A DNA stretch of 64,000 nt, taken from Utricularia gibba (Eukaryota > Plantae > Magnoliophyta). A program made the position numbers and the translations under genes. A model generated the notes under the pieces. It did no database searches and had not been told where the DNA came from. It saw nothing but the letters and a program-made list of their open reading frames with translations. The stretch is taken from positions 2,294,001 to 2,358,000 of the forward strand of contig CM007990.1 of NCBI GenBank assembly GCA_002189035.1. The letters are read 5' to 3'. Position 1 is the first letter of the stretch. The number at the start of each line of letters is the position of its first letter. Shown here one piece after another: positions 51,906-64,000 of the stretch.

Positions 51906-53289
51906 TGCTTATCATAAGTATTATATGTATATGTTATAAATCAAACTATTGTATAATATATATTATAATAGCAAAAAATAATGTAATCTAATTTATAATC
52001 ACATATTTTTTCATAATATATTATATACTATATTATTATTTATAAATTTCATATACAATGTTATAATATTTATATTATTATATTATTATTTTTATTGATA
52101 ATATTTATTATCTTTATATTAATAAATTTATACAAAATGTTCAATTAATTTACATTAATTTAATTTTTGTATCAATAAAAATATAAAATCAAAACATCAA
52201 ATATATATATATATATATATCAATTTTTATTATATTATATATGATATATCAAAATTTTATAATATCATTTTTTTAATTATTATAAATATCATTTTTATAT
52301 TAATAAATGAATAAAATATATTAATTTTCTTTATCATAAATTAACAAAAATTTAAAAAAGGAAAAGAAAAATAAGTATATTTATCATATATTTTCACATA
52401 ATGTATAAATTTCTAAATATATGTTTTGATAGTAGGTACAATTCTAATTAACCAGTTGGTGTAGAAGTATAAGCTATGAGAACTGAGGGTGGACTCTTAC
52501 TCATGTCGAAGAAAGAGATGTGCATAGAGGTAAATATTTTGCAAAATTTGTATTCTACAAGTGATATTAGAAAGATATTAGCCAAATACCATAGTTTTAA
52601 TTTAAGTTTTGCAAAATACTACAAGTTTTAGAAAGAACATTGCAAAATGCCACAAATTGAACATTAACTTATTACTTTATTTTAAAACAGAAAATTTTTT
52701 AATTAATATGAAAATTAAATATTTAATTTTATTTTTATACAATATAATATTTTTTCGTTTTATATTAATCAGGTATACAACCCACAACATTTAACTTTAG
52801 ATAATACTTATCGAATTACATAATAAACAATGCTTAGATTTGAATGTTACTTATAAAATGCAATAATTAATAAATATATTTTTATAATTCTATTAAATAT
52901 AAATTTTATATTAATTAAACATATGTGTATTATTATATAATAATTGGAATTTAACAAGTAATTAAAATTTAATTAAAATATGATATTTTACAAATGAAAA
53001 ATAAAATTTATAATATTATGCAAATGTCAAAAAACTTATGATATTTTCCAAACCAAAATATATAACCTGTGGTATTCGATTCATTTTTCTTGTAAATTCT
53101 TATTACTTTTTTAATATTGAAGTTATGATTATTCTAGAGCTCGAAGAACAAATACACAATCAGAGGTTGATCATATTTTACAGACATCCGGAAAGAAACA
53201 AGCAAATAAAGATCTTGGACTTTCCTGACCTCTATTATGGAAAGATCGTAGGTTTCGACATGAATTATATACTTATAATAGCTTTTAAC

Positions 53290-54712
53290 TAAATAACACT
53301 ACAAGAAGAATAAGAAAGCAAAAAGGCAAGACCACTCTGGCAAATGAGGGAGTTAAATGAGATGATCCAACAAAACAACCTAGTAGATATCGAGTATATT
53401 GGATTTTTGTTTAGTTGGATGAATTAACATCAGGCATCGAAACTAGTAAAAGCCAAGTTAGACGGAGGGACAGGGATTGGCTTCAAGGCGTCACTTTGGA
53501 AACAAGGTTGGAGAATTATGTAGCACCCGAAGTTATTGTTAAGTCAGGTCCTGAAAGGAAGACATTTTTCAAACAAGAGCTTCCTGGATGCATAGATTAG
53601 TCAACAACCATCACTCATATGGACAAGAATAGTTTCGACAAAGGAAGTACTTAGAAGATGGAGGGTAGGCAACAAGACATAGACATGCATATATATTTGG
53701 AAAGACCCTTAGATTCATAATGCGGCTAATGGACTTCCTTTAAATAAGGAGGCTCATAAAGAAGACAATCGACTGATCAACTCACTCATTACCCAATGTC
53801 GGATGCGGGATAATACAAAACTAAAAGATGAGTTGTGGACGGTGGATATCATGGCAGTCATGGAGATACACTTAATATGGATAAAGACGAAGACAAAGAA
53901 GGAACAAGCACAAATATGGAAGCGAAAGGAATCTAGAAGGAGATATAGAAGATGCGAGTTTCACCCAAAGTCAAGATACTCATGTGGAGGCTTTGAAGAA
54001 CACTTACCAATCGAGGAATTTCTTAGGCGGAGGAGTATACTCACTATGGACTTAATGCCCACTCTGCAGTAAGTGGAAGGAAATCTATCAACATACTTTC
54101 TTATTGTGTTGCTTTGCTCAACAGGTATAGGAAGAGGCTAAAATGTTCAAAACAATGGTGGATGCATGGGGCAGATCAACAATGTGGTGGATAGCAATAG
54201 CTATAGTAACAATGCAGATGGCACAACAAGAGAATGTTACACTGCTTCTATGGAGATTATGGAAGGCAAGGAATGAATGTAAAATACCAACAAATCATTG
54301 CATAGCAAAAGATGTAGTTCTGCAAGGAAGACAATACAAGATCGATCTACAACACAGAATACACCAAACTTGGACAAACACTATCCCCATAGCCTTACAC
54401 AGAAAATGGAGGCCACCAACGATTGCTTGAATCTGATTGTCTCCTCCTCGTCCAAAAGAATGCCTTGAAGACTCCCACCATTGAGTTGTGCCCTCTAATC
54501 TTGGATATTCAGAAAAGGCTCCAAAAGAGCTGGAGAATGGATCGGCTTCATTTGAAGAAGAGAAATGAAGTAGCCCATTTGCTAACCCTATGGAGTAGGA
54601 ACTACACAATCACTAGAAAACACTACGATTCTCCATCATATTGCAAACCATGTACAGATGATGTTATGTTGATTAAATTAAAGGAGAGATTCTACTCAAA
54701 AAAAAAAAAAAA
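53290..54712 (+). mobile_element. 5'-truncated non-LTR (L1/LINE) retrotransposon relic with poly(A) tail
   Basis: WRIM*HPKLLLSQVLKGRHF...PSLIWTRI...RWRVGN, a zf-RVT-like VSPKVKILMWRL...CPLC, an RNase H-like LESDCLLLVQ, and A15 at 54698-54712. Confidence 0.85.
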
Positions 54713-54986
54713 CAAGTGTACTCTACATAATTTCTTGAACAAATGTGAAGTGGCGGAGTGAAAAGCACACGTGATGCAGGATGAAGCTCGGGAGGGTGAG
54801 AAGAGATGCTACACAACACGACAACAACGAATAGGTTACTTCATTGTCACTCAACATCCCATTTGGGAAGGAAATGATGTACCAACAAGGGAAGGGCTCC
54901 CCTCTACCTCCTCCAAAAGACTGCCTCTGCATTCACAGCTGCTCCTTGGACTCAATGTAAATCTGTGATGCAGAGATCACGATCGG

Positions 54987-57393
54987 TTACTTGGCAGCAG
55001 CCGGAACGTTTTCAGGATAGTTGGACACATCGACAAGGTGCGGTAGTACATCTACAATGATGTCTCGGACAGGGTTCTTCTGATCCTCTTCTGTCTTGGC
55101 GGAATCACTGGGAGAGCTACTGCCTGAGGAAGAGACACTGGATAACTGTACGTCATCCAGTTTGTTTCCAAATACACTTTTGTTCCCTCTAATGTCTTCC
55201 ATTTCTTGGGCAGTTGGACCAAGAGATCCAGCCCTTGCACCGTCATCCCCCCCGCTGGGGTTATAGAGCACATATTCGTTGTAGCTAGGAGCGAACTGCA
55301 CAAAGTCGAGGCACCGGATTCTGAGTATACAATTAGACTTTCAAAACTCCCTGGCATGTGGATTACAAACCTGGTGCACTGTGTCATGGTAGAAGTCGTT
55401 TAGCATCAGAGCATGTGAAAGGCTCATGGTGAAGCTGTAGCTGGGACCAACGTTTGCAGCGGAGTACTCTGTATATGGAAAGGCGTAGAGATGTCCCACA
55501 GCAGCTAAAAACATCTCCACGCAGACAATGAAACTTTGAAACTCTGCAGCTTCCTCAGTGTTCTCTACAAGTTTCGATTTTGCTGCAAGAAATATCAAAA
55601 CACCTGACATGGGAAACCCATGATTAGATAAAAGGAGCACGTCATAGCAATGTTTCAAAACAATAATAACGGGAGTAACTTTTCAGCTGATTCAATATGC
55701 AAGGATGACAAAAACAAACGGAGCTATTACCTGCCAATAAGTGAGGAAGACTACAGACTTAATTATGATAAACTTTGGAACTGGACGGAATGGCTTCAGC
55801 AAATCACAGCAAGCTCCATAAAACAATGCTAGAGAATAAAGTGCCATTGAGTAAGAGATAGTATAGACTATGGTCAGGTAGAGATAGGACTGGCCAGGAT
55901 TGAAATTCCCATCTTCATATCTTCCCTTGGCATAAAGCACAAAAGTGAGCACAACGAGAAAGGGCTTCAGGATAACAAACTGCAGGCAGCCCTGCTTACA
56001 CCTTCTAATAAAGAGCCTGCACAGAAGGCAGCAGGGAAAACAAATGATAACAGCGCATTGCATTACAAGCTAACTATTTGGACAACTCTAATCAAACGTT
56101 CAAATAAATGAATTAACAGTTGGGCCAACAGAAGTTAAGCAAGAAAATTAGGTGGAAACCAAAAGAAAAAAAAAAGAAAAAACGACTTGAATTCTCAGCC
56201 GCACGTGTAAGTCAAATCCAAGCTAACAAAGTTACTCATCATTTGCACACCCAGAAGAACAAATAGCCAATTCGTGGTTTGGGGCCAAAGAACATGCGCC
56301 ATAATGTGAAATGAGAAAATAATGTCAGAAAAGTGAAAAATATTATCTAGAGAGAGAAAGTTAATACAAGAATGAAAGAGAATCCCCAGTAAGCGGACAT
56401 TGAACACACGAATTGGATACGTAGAACAGGAGACCATAAGTGATCAAATGAACTGCAGGCTCAGGGTTTACCCATCCAATGCAATTGGATGAAAGCAGCA
56501 TGTCATCAATAACCAATTAGGCTTCAGCACTTTACCAGCCAGGCTGACCACAACAGCACCTGGACCCCCTACCCATGCCAAGCATAAAGATAAAAAATTA
56601 TAGATTACCCAAGCTTCATATCTGCAAAGACAACAAATCAGATTCAGAAAAAAAAAATATATAATGAAGGGACAACTACACTTTTTTTGATTCAAAGTAA
56701 AACATTAAGGGAAAAGCATTAAATTATAAAGAAGTCACATCATACAAGGCACTACTTACATCTCTCTCAAAGAACTGAAGTAAATAGAGCTCTTGTTTAA
56801 GACCAGGGACAAGAAAGATGTCAGTGCATACACCTATCAAAAAAGCACGGGAAACTGGCTTTAGATGGATAAAAATCCAAATAACAACGCATCAACAAAG
56901 ATTAACAATGAACAAATGAAATCTCAGTATCTAATGGAAAGAAGTGGCATTCACACAAAACATAGATAAGCCCGAACAACAACCAAGAAAATAAACGCAC
57001 ACTAAACGCATCATAGTAATGTTTTCCGTCTGTTTATTGTATTCAAATGAGATCGTTCCTTCAATTTGAAACCCCCATCTAATGTTAGGCATCACAATCT
57101 AATTGAGGTCACATTACAGCAACAAACCTACTCTCTTATAATTGACACAATCAGGTAATATTGACGCCAGATCAAACATGTCTTACACACTAGCTAGTCT
57201 TCACATGATACTACAGAATAATCGAGAACACAGTGCAAGAACTCACGGGAACCATAAAAATGATGCGGACGATATATCTCTGATAATTAGGCGCCGTGTA
57301 GTTCAATAAATGTCTGTAAATGTGGAGAATAGCCAACACCATTGCTCCCAGAGTACAAGGCAAAGCTATGAGGATGTAGTATAAAGACCCCAT
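54987..57393 (-). CDS. TMEM184/LAZ1-family (DUF300, organic solute transporter alpha-like) membrane protein, 6 coding exons
   Basis: HIYRHLLNYTAPNYQRYIVRIIFMVP / VYALTSFLSLV / YEAWVIYNFLSLCLAWVGGPG / FIRRCKQGCLQFVILKP...PKFIIIKSVVFLTYWQ / GVLIFL...LNDFYHDTVHQ / FAPSYNEYVLYN, with GT-AG introns. Confidence 0.95.
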
Positions 57394-59244
57394 GAATCTA
57401 AGAGACACCCAAATCAAATCGTCCTCTAATAAGGAAAACACATGAAAGAGTAGAATTCGACGATGCTCTGAATTCTAAATTCAACTCATAGCTTCCTATC
57501 GAAAAATTAGAGCACAACCCAACCCTTCTCCTGAAACCACCAGCAGAAAACCGGAAAATGTAACGAATTGATGGGGAAGTAATTAACTCCAACTGCGACA
57601 AGTTAACAAAAATTCAGAAATATATGGGGGCTGCAGTCCAGAACAGACTTTGGGCGAAAAGGAAAGAAGAAAGGCTTCTTCTGCCTTGAGCGCAAAGGCG
57701 CCGCAGTGCAATGATATCAAATCAAGTCTACAGAAGGTTTCCATGCGTGAGAGCTGTAAATGATACGATGGTGAATCCAATGGGTTTGACTTAAGCCACG
57801 GTGGAGGGTGGGGTTATAGGTAGATTTGTTATATCTACCTCACACACACATATTTATTTAAAGATTTAAAATATACCATTGTTTGAGAATATTCATGAAT
57901 CTTTATATTTATTAATTATCATAATTAATTGACAAAAATATAATATATTTAAATAATTTAAATTTAAATACAAAAATTTATGTTATTAGGTTTATGATAA
58001 AATATATAATAAACAAAGTAATATAATAGTAATTTTAAAAATCAAAATATATCAATTACTTCAATAACCATTATTTATTATCACAATTCCAATTTTATAG
58101 ATATAACGTGTGTGATTAAATATAAACATAATATTTTTAATACAAATTAATATTTCATATGTTTTAATTGATAAAAATAATCATAAATTATTCCTGAATC
58201 AACTATTAACATAAAAAAATAATTAATTAAAATAATATATTTTATATCAATTTAAAATAATAAATTTTAATATAATATTAATATTATAATAAAAAAATAT
58301 AATAAAACATTGATCTTATTTGTGTTTTTCATTAAATTAATTAAACATAAATTTTGTTTTTGTTAATTTTTTTATATTATTCAAATTAAAAAAATAATGT
58401 TAATTGAGTTGAATACAATTCAAATACTAATTGTTCATTCATTATAATAATTTTAGTTAGGAGACAATTTTCAGATGAATTACATTGATGTATAGATAGA
58501 TTGAATTAAGAAGGAATGTAAAAATAATTAGATTCAAAATTAAAAAAAATCAAAGTTAAATCATATTTAATTTGAAAAATATGATTAAAATCATATTTAA
58601 ATATTACAAATCTAATTTTCTATTGAATGGATACAAAATAGTGAAATAAATATAATAAAATACATAATTTTTCACATGAAATTCAAAATAATATTATTAA
58701 TTATACAAGTATATAAAAATCATCAAAATAATAAATTAAAATTATGTTTATAAAAATTAATTAGTTTAAATTTTCAATAACTGAAAGTACATAAATGTTA
58801 AATATAATTTTCTATATATATTTTTAATATTTAATTTAGGATAGAGTACCAAATTAAAAGTTAATTTAGGTATTTGCATAGGTTTGCTTGGAAATGCAAA
58901 TATTTTCATTTGCATGCATTTTGTATTTTATTTCCATTTTTTGTGCATTTTTAAGTTAGAAACTTAAACTAAGAGTCACAATAGTTTATGAAAAAATGGG
59001 GCTAAAGATGTGATAACCATGAATAAAATATTAGTTTTGTTTATCAAACTCTTATAACTCATTTTCAAGTTTCCAATTGAATTCCAAACTTGTCCTAGCC
59101 TCTTGTTGTGTTGCACCCGAGAGAACGCATTTTGCTGAAATAAGCAAATGGATCACTTGTAGAAATCTATTGACTTAGTTGTACTCAGATATTAAGTGAT
59201 ACTTATTTTTAATTTTCTATTTTGGATATATTTTTTTGAATGAG

Positions 59245-60411
59245 TGATGATGAATTTGCAAGTGCATAGAAACTATCGAAGTAATAAAATAAGATCATAT
59301 CCACGGGGAATTGTTATTGAAATTTTCTTTTTAAAACAAAAACTTAAAAAGACTGAAAATAAAAGAAATATTTGGTTTTGAAAACAATAAGAAAAAGTGA
59401 CTTTGGATCTAAGATACACCTTACATGAAACTCGTCCTTACATGTGTGCAAACCTTGAGAATTGACCTACTTGCGCAAGTTTTGGGGGTGTTATGTTAAA
59501 ATAATGCTACTCGGTGACCGTTATATCACCGTCTCTTGTTTTGTGGGATAATGGAATCAACCACGCCAACAGAGCCCTTACACTTCTTGTGATAATCCAT
59601 GTTTTCCCCACACTTAAATCTAACCCCTACACCTCCCACCTGACACACAGATTAGACAGAATGTGCCTTACCAACGATGTCCGATTGAACCTTTCTCCTT
59701 AGGTGCTTGAGGCCAACCTTTGATTCTCCCACACTCCCTTAGGGTTATATGATACTAAAAATCACGTTACTAAATAAAACGTTGCGAAAAACAGAATCAA
59801 ACCTCAAATTACTACTGAAAAACATAGTAAAACAATCACGCGCACGGGACTTGCGCAAGCAAAACTTCACAGCAGATCCTCAGCCGCAAGCGCTCACATG
59901 TGCATGCTCAACTCTAAACAACAAAAGTTAATGAAAAACGAAAGGGAAGACATCCAAAACATGCTAGACTCGACTCTAAACCCTAAATTGACTCTCTGAT
60001 CATTGACTCTGACTAACTTTTTCGATCTTCGGGCTCTGGTCTTTATATAATGGTGATGATTTGTTGGGCTTTCTTGATGGGTTCATATCAAATCTTCCAT
60101 TCAAATTTTCTAAGATTTGATATAGCTCTTCTAGAATAAGATTAAATTTTCCAAAATAAGATATGAATCTTATCTTATCCAAGAATCTTTGACTAAGGCT
60201 TCATCGGATACATCAAATCTTTGCCTCCATCAAAGTAGCTCGAAAATCATCCAAATTATTCCAAAATTATCCTGAAAAATCACAAAACACACTTTCCCTC
60301 CAAAAAGATCAAATGGTATGAAAGATAAGAAAATTGAGATAAAAAAAATGCAAAACCCATCTAAATAAGTCCTGAAAAGCATAAATATAAGTGACACAAA
60401 ATCACTTATCA
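59245..60411 (-). mobile_element. Solo LTR, 1167 bp (probably Ty3/Gypsy)
   Basis: Minus strand TGATAAGTG...TCATCA with perfect TSD ATGAG (59240-59244, 60412-60416). Confidence 0.9.
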
Positions 60412-60487
60412 ATGAGTAAGAAAAATCAATAAGAAATAGATATGAGCAAGTGAGATTAGTATTTGAGCATAATTCATTGATGTCATG

Positions 60488-61658
60488 TGATAAACGAAAA
60501 ATTCACACGTCGTAAATGTAAACTTTCCTATCAAATAAATTTATAACTGAATACACATTCAAGCATAAAACAATTATGAGCATAGTGGACTAGGGTCGAA
60601 CACAAGGAACTAGGTGCTTGCTATGTGAAGGTCAATGCAAGGAATCAATGTCACGTTGGTAAAATTGGTCTTAGCTAGGATTAAGGCAAAACTAAAACGA
60701 AATATAGTAAAGAAAAGTAATAAGTTCTAGAGTTCGGTTGTTTCTAGAATGGAATGGGTGATGCATTGGGACTCCTAGAGGATGTATGCTCATCACTAAA
60801 CAAACTCACACAAACCACAAATAATACAACTAACTCACAAGATCTAGGTCTATCCGGATTCTTGTTTTTCCCCCTAATCTTTGGTATACCTCTAATTAGG
60901 GTTATTAAGTTGGGTTTCACTACTTCTCCCTCCTGGATCTATCCTGGTTTGTTAAGGAAGTGGCGTGACTCATTGCTGTTTAGATCTAAAGGTTGATTAA
61001 CATGTTTCTCTCTTTTTTACCCCAAGGCGCCCCCCTAAGTACTTAGCCACTCATGCTTATGGTAAACGAAAGTAGAAAAGAAAACATCACCCACAGTGTG
61101 CTCATTTCACAATCAAATACCAGAAAGCAAACAAGTAAGTAATGTGAAGTGTCAACAAAAACTGAAAAACGTCACTAGCTACTCTTAGCTAGGAGTAATA
61201 TTCTTCAAAGACAGAAAATAATCTTGAACTTCAACTTTGTTCCTGTTTGTCTTCCTTCTTCTTCCTCCTTAGAAAACCTTCTCCCCAAAAAATGTGTTCG
61301 TGAGTCTCCAAGGGAAGATCTGATTTCTCTCTCCACCTTTCCCTCTTTTTGTCCAAAATCTCCCTTTTTCCTCCTTGGATTTTGTGTGCACCACTTTTCA
61401 GACTTTTGGTTTCATCTTCTGCCACTACACTGTGCATGTTCGTCTCCTTGGGATTTGTGTTGCGATCTACACTGCATTGCTCGAATAAAACTATTAGAAG
61501 GTTGGGGCTAAATCACAGATTTAGTCCCAACTAAGACTAAAATCACACAATTACGATACTTATGCACACAAATATAAAACTAGGCAGTAAAACTAAATTT
61601 TTGTAGCACAATATGAATTTTTTTCATGTACTTAATCACTCAAAAATATGTGTTATCA
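60488..61658 (-). mobile_element. Solo LTR, 1171 bp
   Basis: Minus strand TGATAACAC...GTTTATCA with perfect TSD TCATG (60483-60487, 61659-61663). Confidence 0.92.
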
Positions 61659-61661
61659 TCA

Positions 61662-62838
61662 TGATGACACACGTTTTCCCTAAATTTCATAATATAAAAT
61701 AGTTACATTTTATTATGGTTTAGGCTAGATAAATGTGGTTTTTCATGTTTAAGTGACGTTTATGTTAATCTTATGTGATTATGTTGAAAAGTGGACTAAA
61801 TCAAAGGATTTAGTCCACAACTCTTGTTACTAATGTTTCAGTAAGTTCAGTAGGGAGATTAACAGAAAATCAGACTTGCAAGCGTGTGAACCAAGCGGAA
61901 AAGGGCGCAAAATCTGGAGAAGGACAAAGAACACTTTTCTGCCGCCACCGCAGTCTGCAAGTTCAGGCCAGGAACAGTACTGGCAGTCAAGAACAATCTT
62001 TATTTGCTTTCCGTTTCATGAACATTTCAAGTTTCTGCATTTGACTTGTTTACAATGTTTCTGCCATTTTGGCCAACTTATATGAATGAAATCATGTTTT
62101 ATTTCCCAAGTATGAGTGGCTAAAGTCTTAGAGATGGCTTAAGGTGAAGTGGGGTGGTGTGTGCTTAGGGTTGATGATGAAATTTATGTGTGTTCCTTAA
62201 CTATTGTTTCTAACAAACCATGGGTCGACCTAAAGAGAGAAACAAATAGTTTCACAACTTAGATGCATGGTTTAGAGGTAGACCAACAAACCAATACGAG
62301 AACAGCCGGTGTTAGTCCAAGGTGGAACCAGTGGAACTGGGTAAACCTAGTTCTATATGCTTTGCATGCGGGTAGATCTAATTGCAATGTTGGTTATAAT
62401 ATTTGAGACTAGTTTAGCCGAAAATATGATGAATGACATGGGTAGACTTAAGTTATTTGAACTTGTGAGTGTAGGAAGATGGTAAATTAAGTTAGAGACT
62501 TTTGCATAACACCACCTACAGATCCTTAAGGCATCCTCGTATTATTCTAAGTTAGAACCGGTACCTGTCACTTTAGCGTTGAAACCTAATATTACTTACC
62601 TACCTCGTTTACTGAACTTGTTTACCACTATTAGTCCACGCTTAGACTATGACCTACTGTTATCCGAAATTATGCATGTACTAAAACACTTAGCAAGCAC
62701 AAGCTCTTCGTGATCGATCCCGATATCCACTATACAAGTTTTCTAAATTTGTATTTTGTGTAGATTAGGGATTATAAATTTATTTGATAACGAAATTTCT
62801 ATTTTTGTGCAACGACATTAGGAAATTTTCGTTTATCA
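61662..62838 (+). mobile_element. Solo LTR, ~1177 bp
   Basis: TGATGACAC...GTTTATCA. Right TSD TGTCA (62839-62843) matches 60481-60485, the left TSD displaced by the later insertion at 60488. Confidence 0.9.
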
Positions 62839-64000
62839 TGTCAAAAACATTTTATTGACTAAAAAATTACTTTAGAACTAACTTTTTCTTATTGGACAAA
62901 CAACATATAAATATAAGGGAGTTAATAAACGATTTTTTTATCGTTCTAAAAAATATTTTTTACATAACACTTTAAAATATTTTTTACCTACTTTTTGCTT
63001 TATTTTCTATAATTTTTTATTAATTTTACATCTTTTATACTAATTTGATCTTTTTGAATAAAAGTATATTTTATAAACTTTTTGGGACATTTTCAAACCG
63101 ATTGGAAAAGAAATCAAAACCTAACAATTTATGAATTTTTAAATCTATAAAATTGGATCCAAAAGGAGGTCCAAGAATAAAAATTTGCACAAGATTTAAG
63201 TTTTAGATAAAGTTTTGAAGATAATCTCTATAATTTGAAATTTTGTTTCATGATTGAAATCCACTAATCTTGCATTTATAGATGTGAGCTCTTTGACTAT
63301 TGTAAGATTTGGATAAAAGATAAATAAAAAATATTTGATTCAAGTCTATCAAACAATTGTAATAGAAGATTTAAATCTTCTCCTCCATAAATATCTCTGT
63401 ATTTTAACGTGTGTTTAAGGATCTATGATGAAGCGGTGTTTGTGCGAATCGATATATGTATGATTATCTTACTATATTTTTTCATATTTAATTTGAAGGT
63501 TTATTTTTTTTTTTTTCAAGCTTGTGCAAGCCTTGTTCCAAGCCAATATTCTTATTGCTCATATCTATCTTTTAGTTTTTGTGTCATTTATTCTTAGTCT
63601 ATTTTTAGAATATCCAAAATTATCAATTTAATGCACATATGATCTTTTTTATTATTGTGATAGTTTTTGTGCATTTACAAAATTAACATGACATAGCATG
63701 ACCCATTAGTTGATGTGATAGGTGTGCACTTGTATACAACAAAGAAAGACATTGATGAGAGAAGGACTTGGGTTACATGCTTGGACGACCCCAAGCATTT
63801 CCTCATCAAGTGAGTTGTTTTCAATTATAATTCACATCTTTCGTATATTTTTAGAGCCTCAATTAATGCTTTTAAGTGGCTCCCTCATCTAGCTTGTATG
63901 TGGTCATGATGAAGGAAAAGTTGATAAGCTCTAGGACCTTCAACAAAAAGGCATCTCTTGTAGAAGAGAGAAAAAGAATAGAGAGATGAAGCTATTGAGT

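Noticed and set aside
2432-62838. One giant LTR retrotransposon spanning the window
   Set aside because: The right LTR has its own TSD (TGTCA) as a solo LTR, and the interior holds unrelated host genes.
62844-64000. Further retroelement or LTR sequence at the window end (similar material at 58850-59240)
   Set aside because: No termini, TSD or coding motif can be confirmed within the window.

Overview
AT-rich plant (eudicot-like) nuclear DNA. About 1-21 kb is a nest of decayed PIF/Harbinger DNA transposons with solo LTRs inserted in them. Two TIR/TSD-delimited copies, one inside the other (7923-20760 and 11327-18766), share an unusual three-gene layout: Myb/SANT ORF1 (+), a spliced third gene (-) fusing a Transposase_28 (PF04195)-like N-terminus to an FCP1-homology/NIF HAD domain, and the DDE transposase (-). 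This cargo gene is the main candidate for an undescribed system. A full-length but decayed Tnt1/Tork-like Ty1/Copia element follows (21396-26610). Three host genes come next: NUP160 (27319-37489, with two apparent -1 frameshifts in homopolymers), NUP93 (43716-47949) and a TMEM184/DUF300 gene (-, 54987-57393), interspersed with MULE and LINE relics. The window ends in a stack of three solo LTRs whose TSDs reveal part of their insertion order. All family assignments come from recognising motifs by eye; no database search was run.
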